Source: Erysipelotrichaceae bacterium
GTDB taxonomy: Bacteria > Bacillota_I > Bacilli_A > Erysipelotrichales > Erysipelotrichaceae
Direction of reading: 5' to 3'
NCBI GenBank assembly: GCA_963676105.1
Contig: OY781039.1
Span: 840,001 to 872,000 of the forward strand
Length of the DNA: 32,000 bases
The number at the start of each line of letters is the position of its first letter. Positions within the stretch are counted from its first letter, which is position 1. The translations under genes and the position numbers were made by a program. The notes below the pieces were generated by a model that had not been told where the DNA came from, did not search any database, and saw only the letters and a list, made by a program, of their open reading frames with translations. Positions 16,671 to 25,311 of the stretch are shown here, one piece after another.

Positions 16671-17338
16671 TGTTTGAAAAACTAAAATCTAAATTCTCTA
16701 CTGAGAATCTTAAAAAACGTGCAGAGAAGCGTAGACAAGGCGGACGCGCTAATCGTTTTGCAGCCTTTGGGATAGATCATTTCATCCAACTATTTACAGT
16801 CAATATTCTTATCCTAGTTGTTTGGTTAATTCTATATGCCTTTGGTCAAACGGTTGGTGGTCAAGATATTAACCTCTATACCATTCCTGAAAGCATGCAA
16901 CTCCCAACTATTATCTTAATAATAGGGATTCCGTTCTTCTACCAAGTGATTTTGCCTTTATTTATAATAGAGGGTCAATCGTATGGAAAACGTTTGGTCG
17001 GCCTTAAAATCGTTAAAACAAACGATGAGCCTGCTGAACTTAAAAACTATTTACTTCGTTTCTTAGGTATGATGTTGGAAGGTCATCCAAACTTCTCAAT
17101 TACAGGGACCGTTGTATTCTTCTTATATGCACGCTACATGAGTGATGAAATGGCTCAAACAGTGGGTATTGTTCTTGGATATGTCTTTGCGGCAAGTATT
17201 ATACTCGCTTTAATTCAACGACATAGACGTAGTATTCATGATTATATTGGTGGCACAAAAGTTATTCCTGTTACCCCAGTTGATCTAACGGATTACTCCC
17301 GCGCAAAAGATATTAAAGTAGACGTTTCACATATGTAA
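16670..17338 (+). CDS. RDD-family membrane protein (tandem paralog)
   Basis: RFAAFGIDHFIQ.., GQSYGKRLVGLKIVK and SIHDYIGGTKV. TAATG stop/start overlap with the upstream paralog. Confidence 0.75.
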   Translation: MFEKLKSKFSTENLKKRAEKRRQGGRANRFAAFGIDHFIQLFTVNILILVVWLILYAFGQTVGGQDINLYTIPESMQLPTIILIIGIPFFYQVILPLFIIEGQSYGKRLVGLKIVKTNDEPAELKNYLLRFLGMMLEGHPNFSITGTVVFFLYARYMSDEMAQTVGIVLGYVFAASIILALIQRHRRSIHDYIGGTKVIPVTPVDLTDYSRAKDIKVDVSHM

Positions 17339-17341
17339 AAC

Positions 17342-17373
17342 AAATGAGATTCAATCGAATCTCATTTTCTTTT
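17342..17373 (+). terminator. Rho-independent terminator of the RDD pair
   Basis: aaatgagattc-aatc-gaatctcattt (perfect 11-bp stem) followed by TTTTCTTTT. Confidence 0.85.
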
Positions 17374-17389
17374 GGTTTACAATATATCT

Positions 17390-17767
17390 ATGATTACGCG
17401 TGATGAAATATGTGCTTATGTATTAGATAAATATCAAACGATTCCTGATTACCCTTTTGATGAGGACTTCAATACGATGTGTTTAAGAAACGCAAAAGGT
17501 AAATGGTATGCACTCATATCACACGTTGATCATAAACGTTTAAATATCAAAGAAGATGGTATAAGTGAAATTATTAATCTTAAGATAGAACCTGAACTCA
17601 ATCATTTCCTTAAGGGACAAGCAGGTGTTTTACCGGCTTATCACATGAATAAGGAGCATTGGATTACAATTATCCTTGATAGTGAATTTGATCAACGTGA
17701 ACTCTTAAATCTCATCGATATGAGTTATAACTTAGTTACTTTTAAAGCAAAAAGAAAAGACCAGTAA
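17390..17767 (+). CDS. MmcQ/YjbR-family protein
   Basis: MITRDEICAYVLDKYQTIPDYPFDEDFNTMCLRNAKGKWYALI..NKEHWITI is typical of YjbR. ATG 17390 is preferred to TTG 17372. TACAAT lies 6 nt upstream and there is no SD. Confidence 0.75.
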   Translation: MITRDEICAYVLDKYQTIPDYPFDEDFNTMCLRNAKGKWYALISHVDHKRLNIKEDGISEIINLKIEPELNHFLKGQAGVLPAYHMNKEHWITIILDSEFDQRELLNLIDMSYNLVTFKAKRKDQ

Positions 17768-17781
17768 TGGCCTTTTACATT

Positions 17782-18066
17782 TTATCGACGTCTTGAGTTA
17801 ACACTTAAATCTTTAACTAAAGCATCATATTCTTCTTTGGATATTTCTCCACGAGCGTAACGTTCACGTACAATACTTAGCGCTTCATCATCACCTGATG
17901 TAAAGCCTGTGTGATTTGAGCCAGTAAAGCGTTTAATCGCCCAGATGATTAACCAAATGATTCCGACAAAGACGACTATGCGTCCTGCAGCCATTAACCA
18001 GAATGTCCAATCATTATAGTAGTATCCACCACTCATATAGGGTGTGAAAGAACTGAATGTGTGCAT
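17782..18066 (-). CDS. SHOCT-domain membrane protein
   Basis: One TM helix (IVVFVGIIWLIIWAI), then the C-terminal SHOCT motif LSIVRERYARGEISKEEYDALVKDL. SD AAGGAGG. Confidence 0.8.
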   Translation of the reverse strand: MHTFSSFTPYMSGGYYYNDWTFWLMAAGRIVVFVGIIWLIIWAIKRFTGSNHTGFTSGDDEALSIVRERYARGEISKEEYDALVKDLSVNSRRR

Positions 18067-18097
18067 CTTATGCCTCCTTGTGTCAGGTAAATTACCT

Positions 18098-18116
18098 TAC
18101 CCCCATAGGGTATACC
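18098..18116 (-). promoter_or_regulatory. CsoR/RcnR-type-like palindromic operator candidate
   Basis: The minus strand reads GGTATACCCTATGGGGGTA: TACCC-N5-GGGTA arms with a G5 tract, overlapping the GGTATACC palindrome. It lies 32-50 nt upstream of the SHOCT ATG. Confidence 0.4.
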
Positions 18117-18119
18117 TAA

Positions 18120-18148
18120 ATTGTGACAAAAGTGTTACAAATGCTCAA
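18120..18148 (-). promoter_or_regulatory. Candidate promoter of the SHOCT gene (TTGAGC-17-TGT-CACAAT)
   Basis: -35 at 18143-18148 and a weak extended -10 at 18120-18128. The spacer contains the imperfect inverted repeat TTGTAACA-N4-TGTCACAA. Confidence 0.3.
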
Positions 18149-18170
18149 ATTTTTATGTATTTTAGGTGAA

Positions 18171-18201
18171 AAATTAAGAAAGGGAGATTTTTTGTCTCCC
18201 T
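18171..18201 (-). terminator. Terminator of the giant surface-protein gene
   Basis: The minus strand reads AGGGAGAcaaaaaaTCTCCCTTTCTTAATTTTTC: a 7-bp GC-rich stem followed by a U-rich tail. Confidence 0.55.
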
Positions 18202-18207
18202 AATCTA

Positions 18208-21200
18208 TTATGCGTATTCTTCGTCTTTTTTACGTTTACCTAAAATAAACCAGATAAGTCCTAATAAAGCAACTACGAAAGCTGATCCATAGAAAATAAA
18301 CATATTTGATGATTCTTCAACCACTTCTTCAACAGCTGCGCTGACTTTATCAGCCATAACCGCATAGTAAGATAAGTGATTGATTCTAAATTCTAAGTAA
18401 GCAATACCATCGACATCTACACGTGTGCTTTCAATGACTTGAGTTGTGCCATCTTCAGCAATGTAGACAATTCTATGATTAATATCATTCATTAAACCAT
18501 CAGGAATTGGTAATCGAATAATGAGTTCACCTGTGATATCACTGTTTTCAATCTTAGTTTGTGTCACTGTTCCATCTTTACTTGTGACAGTTTTCAATAG
18601 TGATAAATCATAAACGAAATCAAATGATGTACCATCTTCAGCCATGATTGCGAGTGAATTCTTTACTGAATCATTTAACTTCTCACTACTTACTGTATTT
18701 TCTTCACTGATAAATTCAATGACTACAGACTCTGTGTTTTCATCATTTTCTTCAGGAATTACAACAGCTGTACTGATACCAGCAATTAACGGTTTTGTTG
18801 TAATTGCAGATTGACCACTAATCGTACTTGATCCATCAACATTCTTAGTGACTGTTAAGGATGAGAAGAAACCATTTTCAACTGTTACATCATCTGTGTT
18901 TGTTTCATCAGTTGTGTCAGTTGTATTTGTTGGATTAGTTGTTGTGTTGGCTACAGTTGTAGTTGTTGAAGCTGTTTCAGTTGTTGTCGTTGTACTTGAA
19001 CTTGTATTTGAAACAACTTTTGCATTGACACTTAAACTAGCAACACTTGATGTTAAAGAAATAAATTCATCTTTAAGTGTATTAGTAACAATCGCACGAT
19101 ATTTATAGCCACTCATTGATGTAGTGACATTACTTAAAACGAGTTTATCACTTGTTTCACCAGTGATAGTTGTCCATGTTTCACCACCATCAGTTGAAAC
19201 TTCCCATGCATATGACAATACTCCTTCATCAGGACTTGTCGCATTAGCATAATAAGTAACTGTATTACCTTCTGTTGTTGAAACAACAGGCATTGATTGA
19301 GTAAATTCAGGATATTTAACAGCGACTAAATCTAATGTCGCAACATCAGTCTCAATAACTTCAGTTGTACCGTTTTTTGTGTTTGTAATGACTGCACGAT
19401 ATTGTACTTCATCATCAGCTGTTGTTGGATTAATCGTGTATGTGCTTGATGTTGCGCCAGAAATATCACTCCATGTTGATCCATTTGTTGAATATTGCCA
19501 TTGATAAGTAATTTCACCCTCATCAGTACTTGAAGCTAAGGCAGTAAATGTTACACTTCCACCTAATGTTTCTTTAACACTTTCAGGTTGTGTATCTACT
19601 GTTGGTTCAACTGCAGGAGGATTAACAGTTAATGTAACAATACCAGAAGCTTGTTCTGCGGTTGTTTCATGATATAAATTTGTCGCAACTACTCGGTATT
19701 GATACCCATTCATGTCATATGTCACATCATTTAAGGTTAATTGACTATAGATTGATGGTGTAGCTGTATTATTGTTGATATCTGTTGCACTTGTATCTGA
19801 GAGATCAGTCCAATCAGCAGTAGAAGATGTACGCACTTGCCATACATAAGTAACTGTTCCCATACCTGCACTTTGAATGTTGGCAGTGAATTGTGGATCA
19901 GCCCCAATATTAACTGTAGATGATAGATCATTAATCAAAGAAGTGTATATAGGTTTTGAAGCAGGTGTATGGATATTTAAATAAATTCCATCAGATGCTT
20001 GAACTGCTGTTTTACTTCCTTTTGTATTTGTTACTACTACTCTAAATTGTGCTTGATCCATAAGGTAATTAACACTTGTAAGGTCAAGACTAGAATTAGT
20101 TACACCAGAAACAGTCATTAGTGTATCTGTATCAACTATAAAGTTACCATTACTTAAATCTTTCCATGTATTTACATCCCAATATTGCCATTGATAAGAG
20201 ATTGTGCCTGTATCACTTGCAGGTTTAGACACAATAACATTGTAGCTAATGTCTTTGTTTGGATTTATATAAGTATCATCATTGGATGTATCCGTTAATG
20301 AGTCAATCGTTGGCTTAACAGGATTAATATAGAGTTGAACAACATTTGATGTCACTGAACTCCAGCCATCTGAATCATCACCAACTTCATTGGTAATAAT
20401 GACTCGATAATAATCATTATCATTAGTAGATGTAACATTACTTACGATAAGTTTACTTGGATCAGTCCCTGTATTTTCAACATCAGTCCAATTTGAGTCT
20501 ATATCACATTCAGTTCCATAATCACATACTTGCCATTGATAGGTATAAGTTGTGACAGTTAAATCTTCAACGACAACTTCTAATGTATCTGAATTACCAT
20601 CTAGTTCAGCATAAACATCATTAGGTTGAGTGCTAATAACAGGTAGTTCTGATTTATTAACTGTTAAAGTAACTTCATTAGATACTAGTACTTCACTTGA
20701 ACCATTTTTTGTATTAGTCACAATTACTCTATAGGTACTGTTATTCATTGGATATAAAGCACCTGTAATTGTTAATGTCTGACTTTTGTAACCTGAATAT
20801 ATCGTTCCTGAATTAAGATCATTAATATTTACAAATTCTTCACCATCGAGAATTTGCCATTGATAAGTAATATCTCCATCATCACCTGAAGATGCAATAA
20901 CACTAAAGTTTGTGTCACCTAAGATAGAAACTGTCTTATCCATAGGTTGGTCTTCAGAATTAATAGTAGGAACATAAGTAGATACAGTTAATGTTGCTGA
21001 ACTTGAAGGATAAGTTGTCCAACCATCTGCATCATCACCAACTTCATTGGTAATAAGGACTCTGTATTGACTACCATTATCCCCTGCAGCGACATTGTAA
21101 ATTGTGTATGTACTTGAAGTTTGTCCACTAATATTTGTCCAAACACTGTTAACTAATTTTTGCCATTGATAAGTTATAGTGCCTGAACCTTCAACTGAAA

Positions 21201-23754
21201 CACTGAATGTAGCATTTTCGCCACCCGCAACTTCAGTACTTACAGGATCAAGGTTACCATCAACTTCAGCACTTGTTACTTGAGCTGATTTGTTGACAGT
21301 TAATGAAACAGGATCAGATTCTGTGTCATCGTTAACAACACCATTCTTGGTATTCAAAACAATTACTTTATATAAGTTCCCGTCCATTCCATAGGCTAAT
21401 GAACTAATAGTCAGTGTTGATAAGCCATCAACAAGTGAAACACTGTAGTTTGATCCCTCACTGAGATCAACTTGATTCCATGTTTCACCACTGTTTTCAC
21501 TAACCCACCATTGATAAGAAATAATACCATCATCATCAGATGTTGATTTTGCACTATAACTGACTGAACCTTCAATATCTCCAGTTGCGTCTACAGGATA
21601 TTCACCTGATGTACTACTAATCGAAGGAACTAAAGGATTTAATTTTAATGTAGCAATGCTAGAATCAGCACTATCTCTTGAATCATCACCTAAAGTATTT
21701 GTCACAACTGCATAGTATTGATCGTATTCATTTTCACTTGTAACCACGACTGATAAATCATATGAATCTGTACCTGTTTCAGTCCAAGTATTCCCGTTAT
21801 CCGATGATACAAACCATTGAACACTTTGTGTTCCACCATCATTTATGCTTTCAATTCCTACGCTTAATGTGATTTCTGTTCCACTATCAACAGGTGTAGT
21901 ACTTAGATTTGAATTAAACGTTGGTGTTGTCGCAGGATTAACTGTTAGTGTAGCTGAAGACGTTTCATAGGTAGAATAATTTGTTTCAGATTTTGTATTC
22001 GTAATAACTACGCGATATTTATTATTATTCATCGCATACAATGCATCTGTAATAGATAGGGTTTTAGTCGTAACACCGCTATAAGATGTTGTATTAGGAA
22101 CAGGATTTTCTGTATTAGATAAGGATGACCAACTTGATCCTCCATTTGTAGACATTTGCCATTGATAAGAGATTGAACCGTCAGTATATGTTGATTCATC
22201 GAAAGTGATGCTAAATTGAGTATCACCAAAAATATCTACATTAGCATTTGTAGGACCTGAATCAGACTCAGAAAAACTTGGTTCAGACGCTGGAATGATT
22301 AATTGAGCAGGTACTGAATTTGCAGAGGTTGATGTCTCACCCGTTAAATTGTTATATACAACAACTCGATAATAATGACCATCATTGCTTGAACTTGCGA
22401 CGACTGAATAACTTGTATTTGTTTCACCAGTAATTGTTGACCAATTTTCTCCATCCGTTGATTCTTCCCATTGATAGGTTAAATCTCCACCTTCTGGTGA
22501 ATTAGCCTCAACATTAAACGTTGCAGTTTGACCACTTTGAACAGTTTGGTTCGTTGGATTTGATGAAATAAAAGGATCACGTAAAGGAAGAACCGTTAAA
22601 GTAGCTACATCAGATGTTGATTCAGCTGTGCTATCATTCCCTGCTGTTGCCGTTACAATGACACGATATTGATAACCATCCATTGAAGAAGTAACATCAG
22701 TCAAACTCAATGTACGAGTCGTATAGTTTGAGTATTTTGAATTGTCTGTTAAATCTTTTATAAATGTCCAATCATTAGAATCAGCTGTACAACTGTCACC
22801 TGTGGTACATATTTGCCATTCATATGATAAATCTTCACTGCTGTTTATAGCACTAGCATCGACACCAAAACTTGGATCAGCATTGATTAGTACGCTTTTA
22901 TCTTCTGGTGTTCCACTTGTTAAAGTAGGTGCAGTTGCATTATAGCGAATAATGGCTGTATCACTTGCGGATTCTCCATCAATAACACGTGTTATCACAG
23001 CTTTGATATCATCAAAACGGAAATCAGTGTATAAACTATTGTAATCAAAATAAGTATAACTACCTACTTTTTTTGTTTGTAATGTTAGAGACGATTTTAC
23101 AAAAGCATACCCATCACCTGATACAAAAGTTGGATTTGTATCTTCATAAATTTTCTCATAGGTAACATAATTATCACCATCGTCGATATAACTTACATAC
23201 CAATTAACTGTATATTCTAAATTCGCATAGGCACCTATTTGCAAATATGCATCAAATGTTACATCACTATACGTTTCACTAGCATCAACATAACGATCAC
23301 TCATAGAAGTATCCATAAATTGAAGTGGTACAACCGTTAAAGTGGCTGCATTAGATTCAACTGTATTACTATCCACTGAATTACCAATAACAACTTTGTA
23401 TTGGTAATTATTCAAGGTGTAATTTATTGAACTTACACTTAATGTATTTGTTGTGTAGTTGGAGTAGGTGGATCCAGCATTACTTGAAGTAATATCTACC
23501 CATCCATTAGTTCCATCGTTTACTTGCCATTGATATGTTAGAGTTTGACCACTTACCAATGAGTTTGCACCAACATAAAAAGTACGATTACTTCCTGTGG
23601 ATACGTTTGATTGACTAATTGGATCTGAATAAATTTCCACCCACTCATTTGTCACAAGTGCTGTAACGCCTAAAACAAAATTGTTGTTAAAGCTTGTTAT
23701 AAGCATTAAGACTGTTAATAGCTTAATAAAAAATCGATTAAACCTTTCTTTCAT
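18208..23754 (-). CDS. Giant (1848 aa) secreted surface protein: signal peptide, ~14 Ig-like YQWQ domains, Ser/Thr linker, C-terminal domain, single C-terminal TM anchor
   Basis: N-terminal signal MKERFNRFFIKLLTVLMLITSF. A recurring ~105-aa unit (..TYQWQ..W..I/L....Y(R/K)V(V/I)(V/I)TN....ATLTVN). S/T-rich linker at 18889-19011. C-terminal MFIFYGSAFVVALLGLIWFILGKRKKDEEYA with no LPXTG. Confidence 0.85.
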   Translation of the reverse strand: MKERFNRFFIKLLTVLMLITSFNNNFVLGVTALVTNEWVEIYSDPISQSNVSTGSNRTFYVGANSLVSGQTLTYQWQVNDGTNGWVDITSSNAGSTYSNYTTNTLSVSSINYTLNNYQYKVVIGNSVDSNTVESNAATLTVVPLQFMDTSMSDRYVDASETYSDVTFDAYLQIGAYANLEYTVNWYVSYIDDGDNYVTYEKIYEDTNPTFVSGDGYAFVKSSLTLQTKKVGSYTYFDYNSLYTDFRFDDIKAVITRVIDGESASDTAIIRYNATAPTLTSGTPEDKSVLINADPSFGVDASAINSSEDLSYEWQICTTGDSCTADSNDWTFIKDLTDNSKYSNYTTRTLSLTDVTSSMDGYQYRVIVTATAGNDSTAESTSDVATLTVLPLRDPFISSNPTNQTVQSGQTATFNVEANSPEGGDLTYQWEESTDGENWSTITGETNTSYSVVASSSNDGHYYRVVVYNNLTGETSTSANSVPAQLIIPASEPSFSESDSGPTNANVDIFGDTQFSITFDESTYTDGSISYQWQMSTNGGSSWSSLSNTENPVPNTTSYSGVTTKTLSITDALYAMNNNKYRVVITNTKSETNYSTYETSSATLTVNPATTPTFNSNLSTTPVDSGTEITLSVGIESINDGGTQSVQWFVSSDNGNTWTETGTDSYDLSVVVTSENEYDQYYAVVTNTLGDDSRDSADSSIATLKLNPLVPSISSTSGEYPVDATGDIEGSVSYSAKSTSDDDGIISYQWWVSENSGETWNQVDLSEGSNYSVSLVDGLSTLTISSLAYGMDGNLYKVIVLNTKNGVVNDDTESDPVSLTVNKSAQVTSAEVDGNLDPVSTEVAGGENATFSVSVEGSGTITYQWQKLVNSVWTNISGQTSSTYTIYNVAAGDNGSQYRVLITNEVGDDADGWTTYPSSSATLTVSTYVPTINSEDQPMDKTVSILGDTNFSVIASSGDDGDITYQWQILDGEEFVNINDLNSGTIYSGYKSQTLTITGALYPMNNSTYRVIVTNTKNGSSEVLVSNEVTLTVNKSELPVISTQPNDVYAELDGNSDTLEVVVEDLTVTTYTYQWQVCDYGTECDIDSNWTDVENTGTDPSKLIVSNVTSTNDNDYYRVIITNEVGDDSDGWSSVTSNVVQLYINPVKPTIDSLTDTSNDDTYINPNKDISYNVIVSKPASDTGTISYQWQYWDVNTWKDLSNGNFIVDTDTLMTVSGVTNSSLDLTSVNYLMDQAQFRVVVTNTKGSKTAVQASDGIYLNIHTPASKPIYTSLINDLSSTVNIGADPQFTANIQSAGMGTVTYVWQVRTSSTADWTDLSDTSATDINNNTATPSIYSQLTLNDVTYDMNGYQYRVVATNLYHETTAEQASGIVTLTVNPPAVEPTVDTQPESVKETLGGSVTFTALASSTDEGEITYQWQYSTNGSTWSDISGATSSTYTINPTTADDEVQYRAVITNTKNGTTEVIETDVATLDLVAVKYPEFTQSMPVVSTTEGNTVTYYANATSPDEGVLSYAWEVSTDGGETWTTITGETSDKLVLSNVTTSMSGYKYRAIVTNTLKDEFISLTSSVASLSVNAKVVSNTSSSTTTTTETASTTTTVANTTTNPTNTTDTTDETNTDDVTVENGFFSSLTVTKNVDGSSTISGQSAITTKPLIAGISTAVVIPEENDENTESVVIEFISEENTVSSEKLNDSVKNSLAIMAEDGTSFDFVYDLSLLKTVTSKDGTVTQTKIENSDITGELIIRLPIPDGLMNDINHRIVYIAEDGTTQVIESTRVDVDGIAYLEFRINHLSYYAVMADKVSAAVEEVVEESSNMFIFYGSAFVVALLGLIWFILGKRKKDEEYA
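19012..23637 (-). repeat. Array of ~14 diverged Ig-like domain repeats (period ~320 bp) inside the giant gene
   Basis: The plus-strand motif ttgccattgata (the reverse complement of tatcaatggcaa, which encodes Y-Q-W-Q) and close variants recur at about 19.50, 20.19, 20.53, 20.86, 21.17, 21.51, 22.16, 22.47 and 23.53 kb. The repeats are diverged at the DNA level. Confidence 0.8.
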
Positions 23755-23808
23755 AAGAATCTCCTTGTATATACATTTATTTACATACTTAGATGTATTA
23801 TCATGACT

Positions 23809-23837
23809 AATATAGTCTTTTTAATTTAACTAGTCAA
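23809..23837 (-). promoter_or_regulatory. Candidate promoter of the giant gene (TTGACT-17-TATATT)
   Basis: -35 at 23832-23837, -10 at 23809-23814, roughly a 50-nt leader to SD AAGGAG. Confidence 0.5.
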
Positions 23838-23968
23838 TAATTTTTAGTATTTATTTGTATAGTTTAGTATTTATTATATTTTTAACAAGATAAATAGGTA
23901 CTTAAGTATATGACTAACTATTTGAATTTTGTGTATTCCATTAAATAAAGATAAATAAAACGTCTAAA

Positions 23969-23997
23969 TTGACGCTAAAGGTGGGCTATGATACTGT
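23969..23997 (+). promoter_or_regulatory. Candidate promoter of lysA-asd (TTGACG-17-TGA-TACTGT)
   Basis: -35 at 23969-23974, extended -10 at 23989-23997. The leader is only about 18 nt, then SD GAGGT. Confidence 0.45.
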
Positions 23998-24021
23998 TTA
24001 CTCATATTTGTTGAGGTACAC

Positions 24022-25299
24022 ATGAATACACATGGATTTATCGTTAAAAATGGACAATTACAAATTGGTTCATTCAATGTTTCAGACATCGCAAAAAAAT
24101 ACGGAACACCCCTTTATTTAATGGATGAAGCTCGTATTAGAAATCAAATGAAGATCTTTAAGAATCACTTTAAACATGATTCAGTTCAAACCGCTGTTTG
24201 TTATGCATCAAAAGCTTTTTTATGCAAGGCAATGGCAAAATTAACAAACGATGAAGGTTTATATATAGATACGGTTTCTGGTGGTGAACTCTATACTGTA
24301 CTTGAAGCTGGTTTCAATCCTGATCATATTGTGTATCACGGAAACAATAAAACACATGATGAAATTGAATATGGGATTGCTTCAAAAGTTGGTTTCTTTG
24401 TATTAGATAATATTGAAGAAATAGAACAAATAGAGAAAACACTTAATGGACGAAATATTAATGTATTACTTAGAGTTAATCCTGGAGTAGAAGCTAAAAC
24501 CCATAAGTATATTCAAACCACAACTTTGGATTCGAAGTTTGGGCTTAGCTTAGCTAATGAGAATACACTTAATGTTATTAAACGATTAATCGCAAATCCA
24601 AACATAAACTTTAAAGGCTTACATGCACATATTGGATCTCAAATATTAAATGCTGATCATTATAATGAAGAATTAGAGGCTTTCTTTAAAGCCATTAAAC
24701 AGTTTAAAGATGAAGGCATAGTGATAAATACCCTAAACTTAGGGGGTGGATTTGGCGTTAGTTATACAAAAGATGATGTAGGTGTTGATTTAGAAAAAAC
24801 ATTACCACTCATTATTGAAAAAGCACTAACATATGCGAAAGCACATGATGTGACTTGTCCTATGTTGATGATTGAACCTGGAAGATCAATTGTGGCTGAA
24901 TCAGGTTTAACCTTATATAAAGTAGGAAGTGTTAAAACAACCCCTAATAAGAAATTTGTTTTAGTCGACGGATCTTTCCAAGATAGTATTCGTGCTTCCT
25001 TATACCAAGCAAAATATGAAGCGATCTGTGTTGATAAATGTGATCAAGAAGAAGAAACTGGTTATACGATTGCAGGAAGAGCTTGTGAGAGTGGTGACAT
25101 TATTGTGCATGAGACAAATTTAGTGAAACCTGAAGTAAATGATATTGTTGCAGTCTTTGTGACAGGTGCCTATCATTATTCAATGGCGAATAACTATAAC
25201 CGTTTTACTAAACCAGCTGTTGTCTTTGTCGATGGTGATAAAGATAGAGTCGTTGTGAAAAGAGAGACATACGAAGATTTAGTTCGTAATGATATTTAA
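24022..25299 (+). CDS. lysA: Diaminopimelate decarboxylase
   Basis: 425 aa, PLP fold-III decarboxylase. YASKAF (PLP Lys), HAHIGSQ, LNLGGGFGV, EPGRSIVAESG and CESGD motifs. Confidence 0.9.
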   Translation: MNTHGFIVKNGQLQIGSFNVSDIAKKYGTPLYLMDEARIRNQMKIFKNHFKHDSVQTAVCYASKAFLCKAMAKLTNDEGLYIDTVSGGELYTVLEAGFNPDHIVYHGNNKTHDEIEYGIASKVGFFVLDNIEEIEQIEKTLNGRNINVLLRVNPGVEAKTHKYIQTTTLDSKFGLSLANENTLNVIKRLIANPNINFKGLHAHIGSQILNADHYNEELEAFFKAIKQFKDEGIVINTLNLGGGFGVSYTKDDVGVDLEKTLPLIIEKALTYAKAHDVTCPMLMIEPGRSIVAESGLTLYKVGSVKTTPNKKFVLVDGSFQDSIRASLYQAKYEAICVDKCDQEEETGYTIAGRACESGDIIVHETNLVKPEVNDIVAVFVTGAYHYSMANNYNRFTKPAVVFVDGDKDRVVVKRETYEDLVRNDI

Positions 25300-25311
25300 G
25301 GAGATAAAAAG

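Noticed and set aside
18848-19108. Val-rich + strand ORF (86 aa) and other internal ORFs in the giant gene (19332-19523, 19737-19931, 22029-22229, 22742-22945)
   Set aside because: They are antisense or off-frame shadows of the Thr/Ser-rich linker and Ig repeats (ACN/TCN codons read as GTN/NGA on the opposite strand). The 1848-aa frame is continuous and carries a signal peptide and a TM anchor.
19012-23637. About 320-bp DNA periodicity, considered as a possible CRISPR array or satellite
   Set aside because: The periodicity lies entirely within one long ORF and reflects diverged protein-domain repeats. No identical direct repeats separated by unique spacers are present.
23887-23957. 10-bp direct repeat AAGATAAATA (23887-23896 and 23948-23957)
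   Set aside because: It is a short, pure A/T-rich repeat in an AT-rich spacer. It is likely chance and has no positional relationship to the predicted promoters.
23755-24021. Possible lysine (L-box) riboswitch upstream of lysA-asd
   Set aside because: The predicted promoter (TTGACG-17-TACTGT) leaves a leader of only about 18 nt. The region is extremely AT-rich and lacks the G-rich conserved L-box cores and any leader terminator. I conclude there is no riboswitch, pending an Rfam scan.
15931-24021. The minus-to-plus strand switch considered as a replication-origin signature
   Set aside because: There is no dnaA/dnaN and I saw no cluster of DnaA boxes (TTATCCACA/TGTGGATAA). Strand orientation flips several times locally (16092, 17782, 24022), so this looks like ordinary operon organisation.
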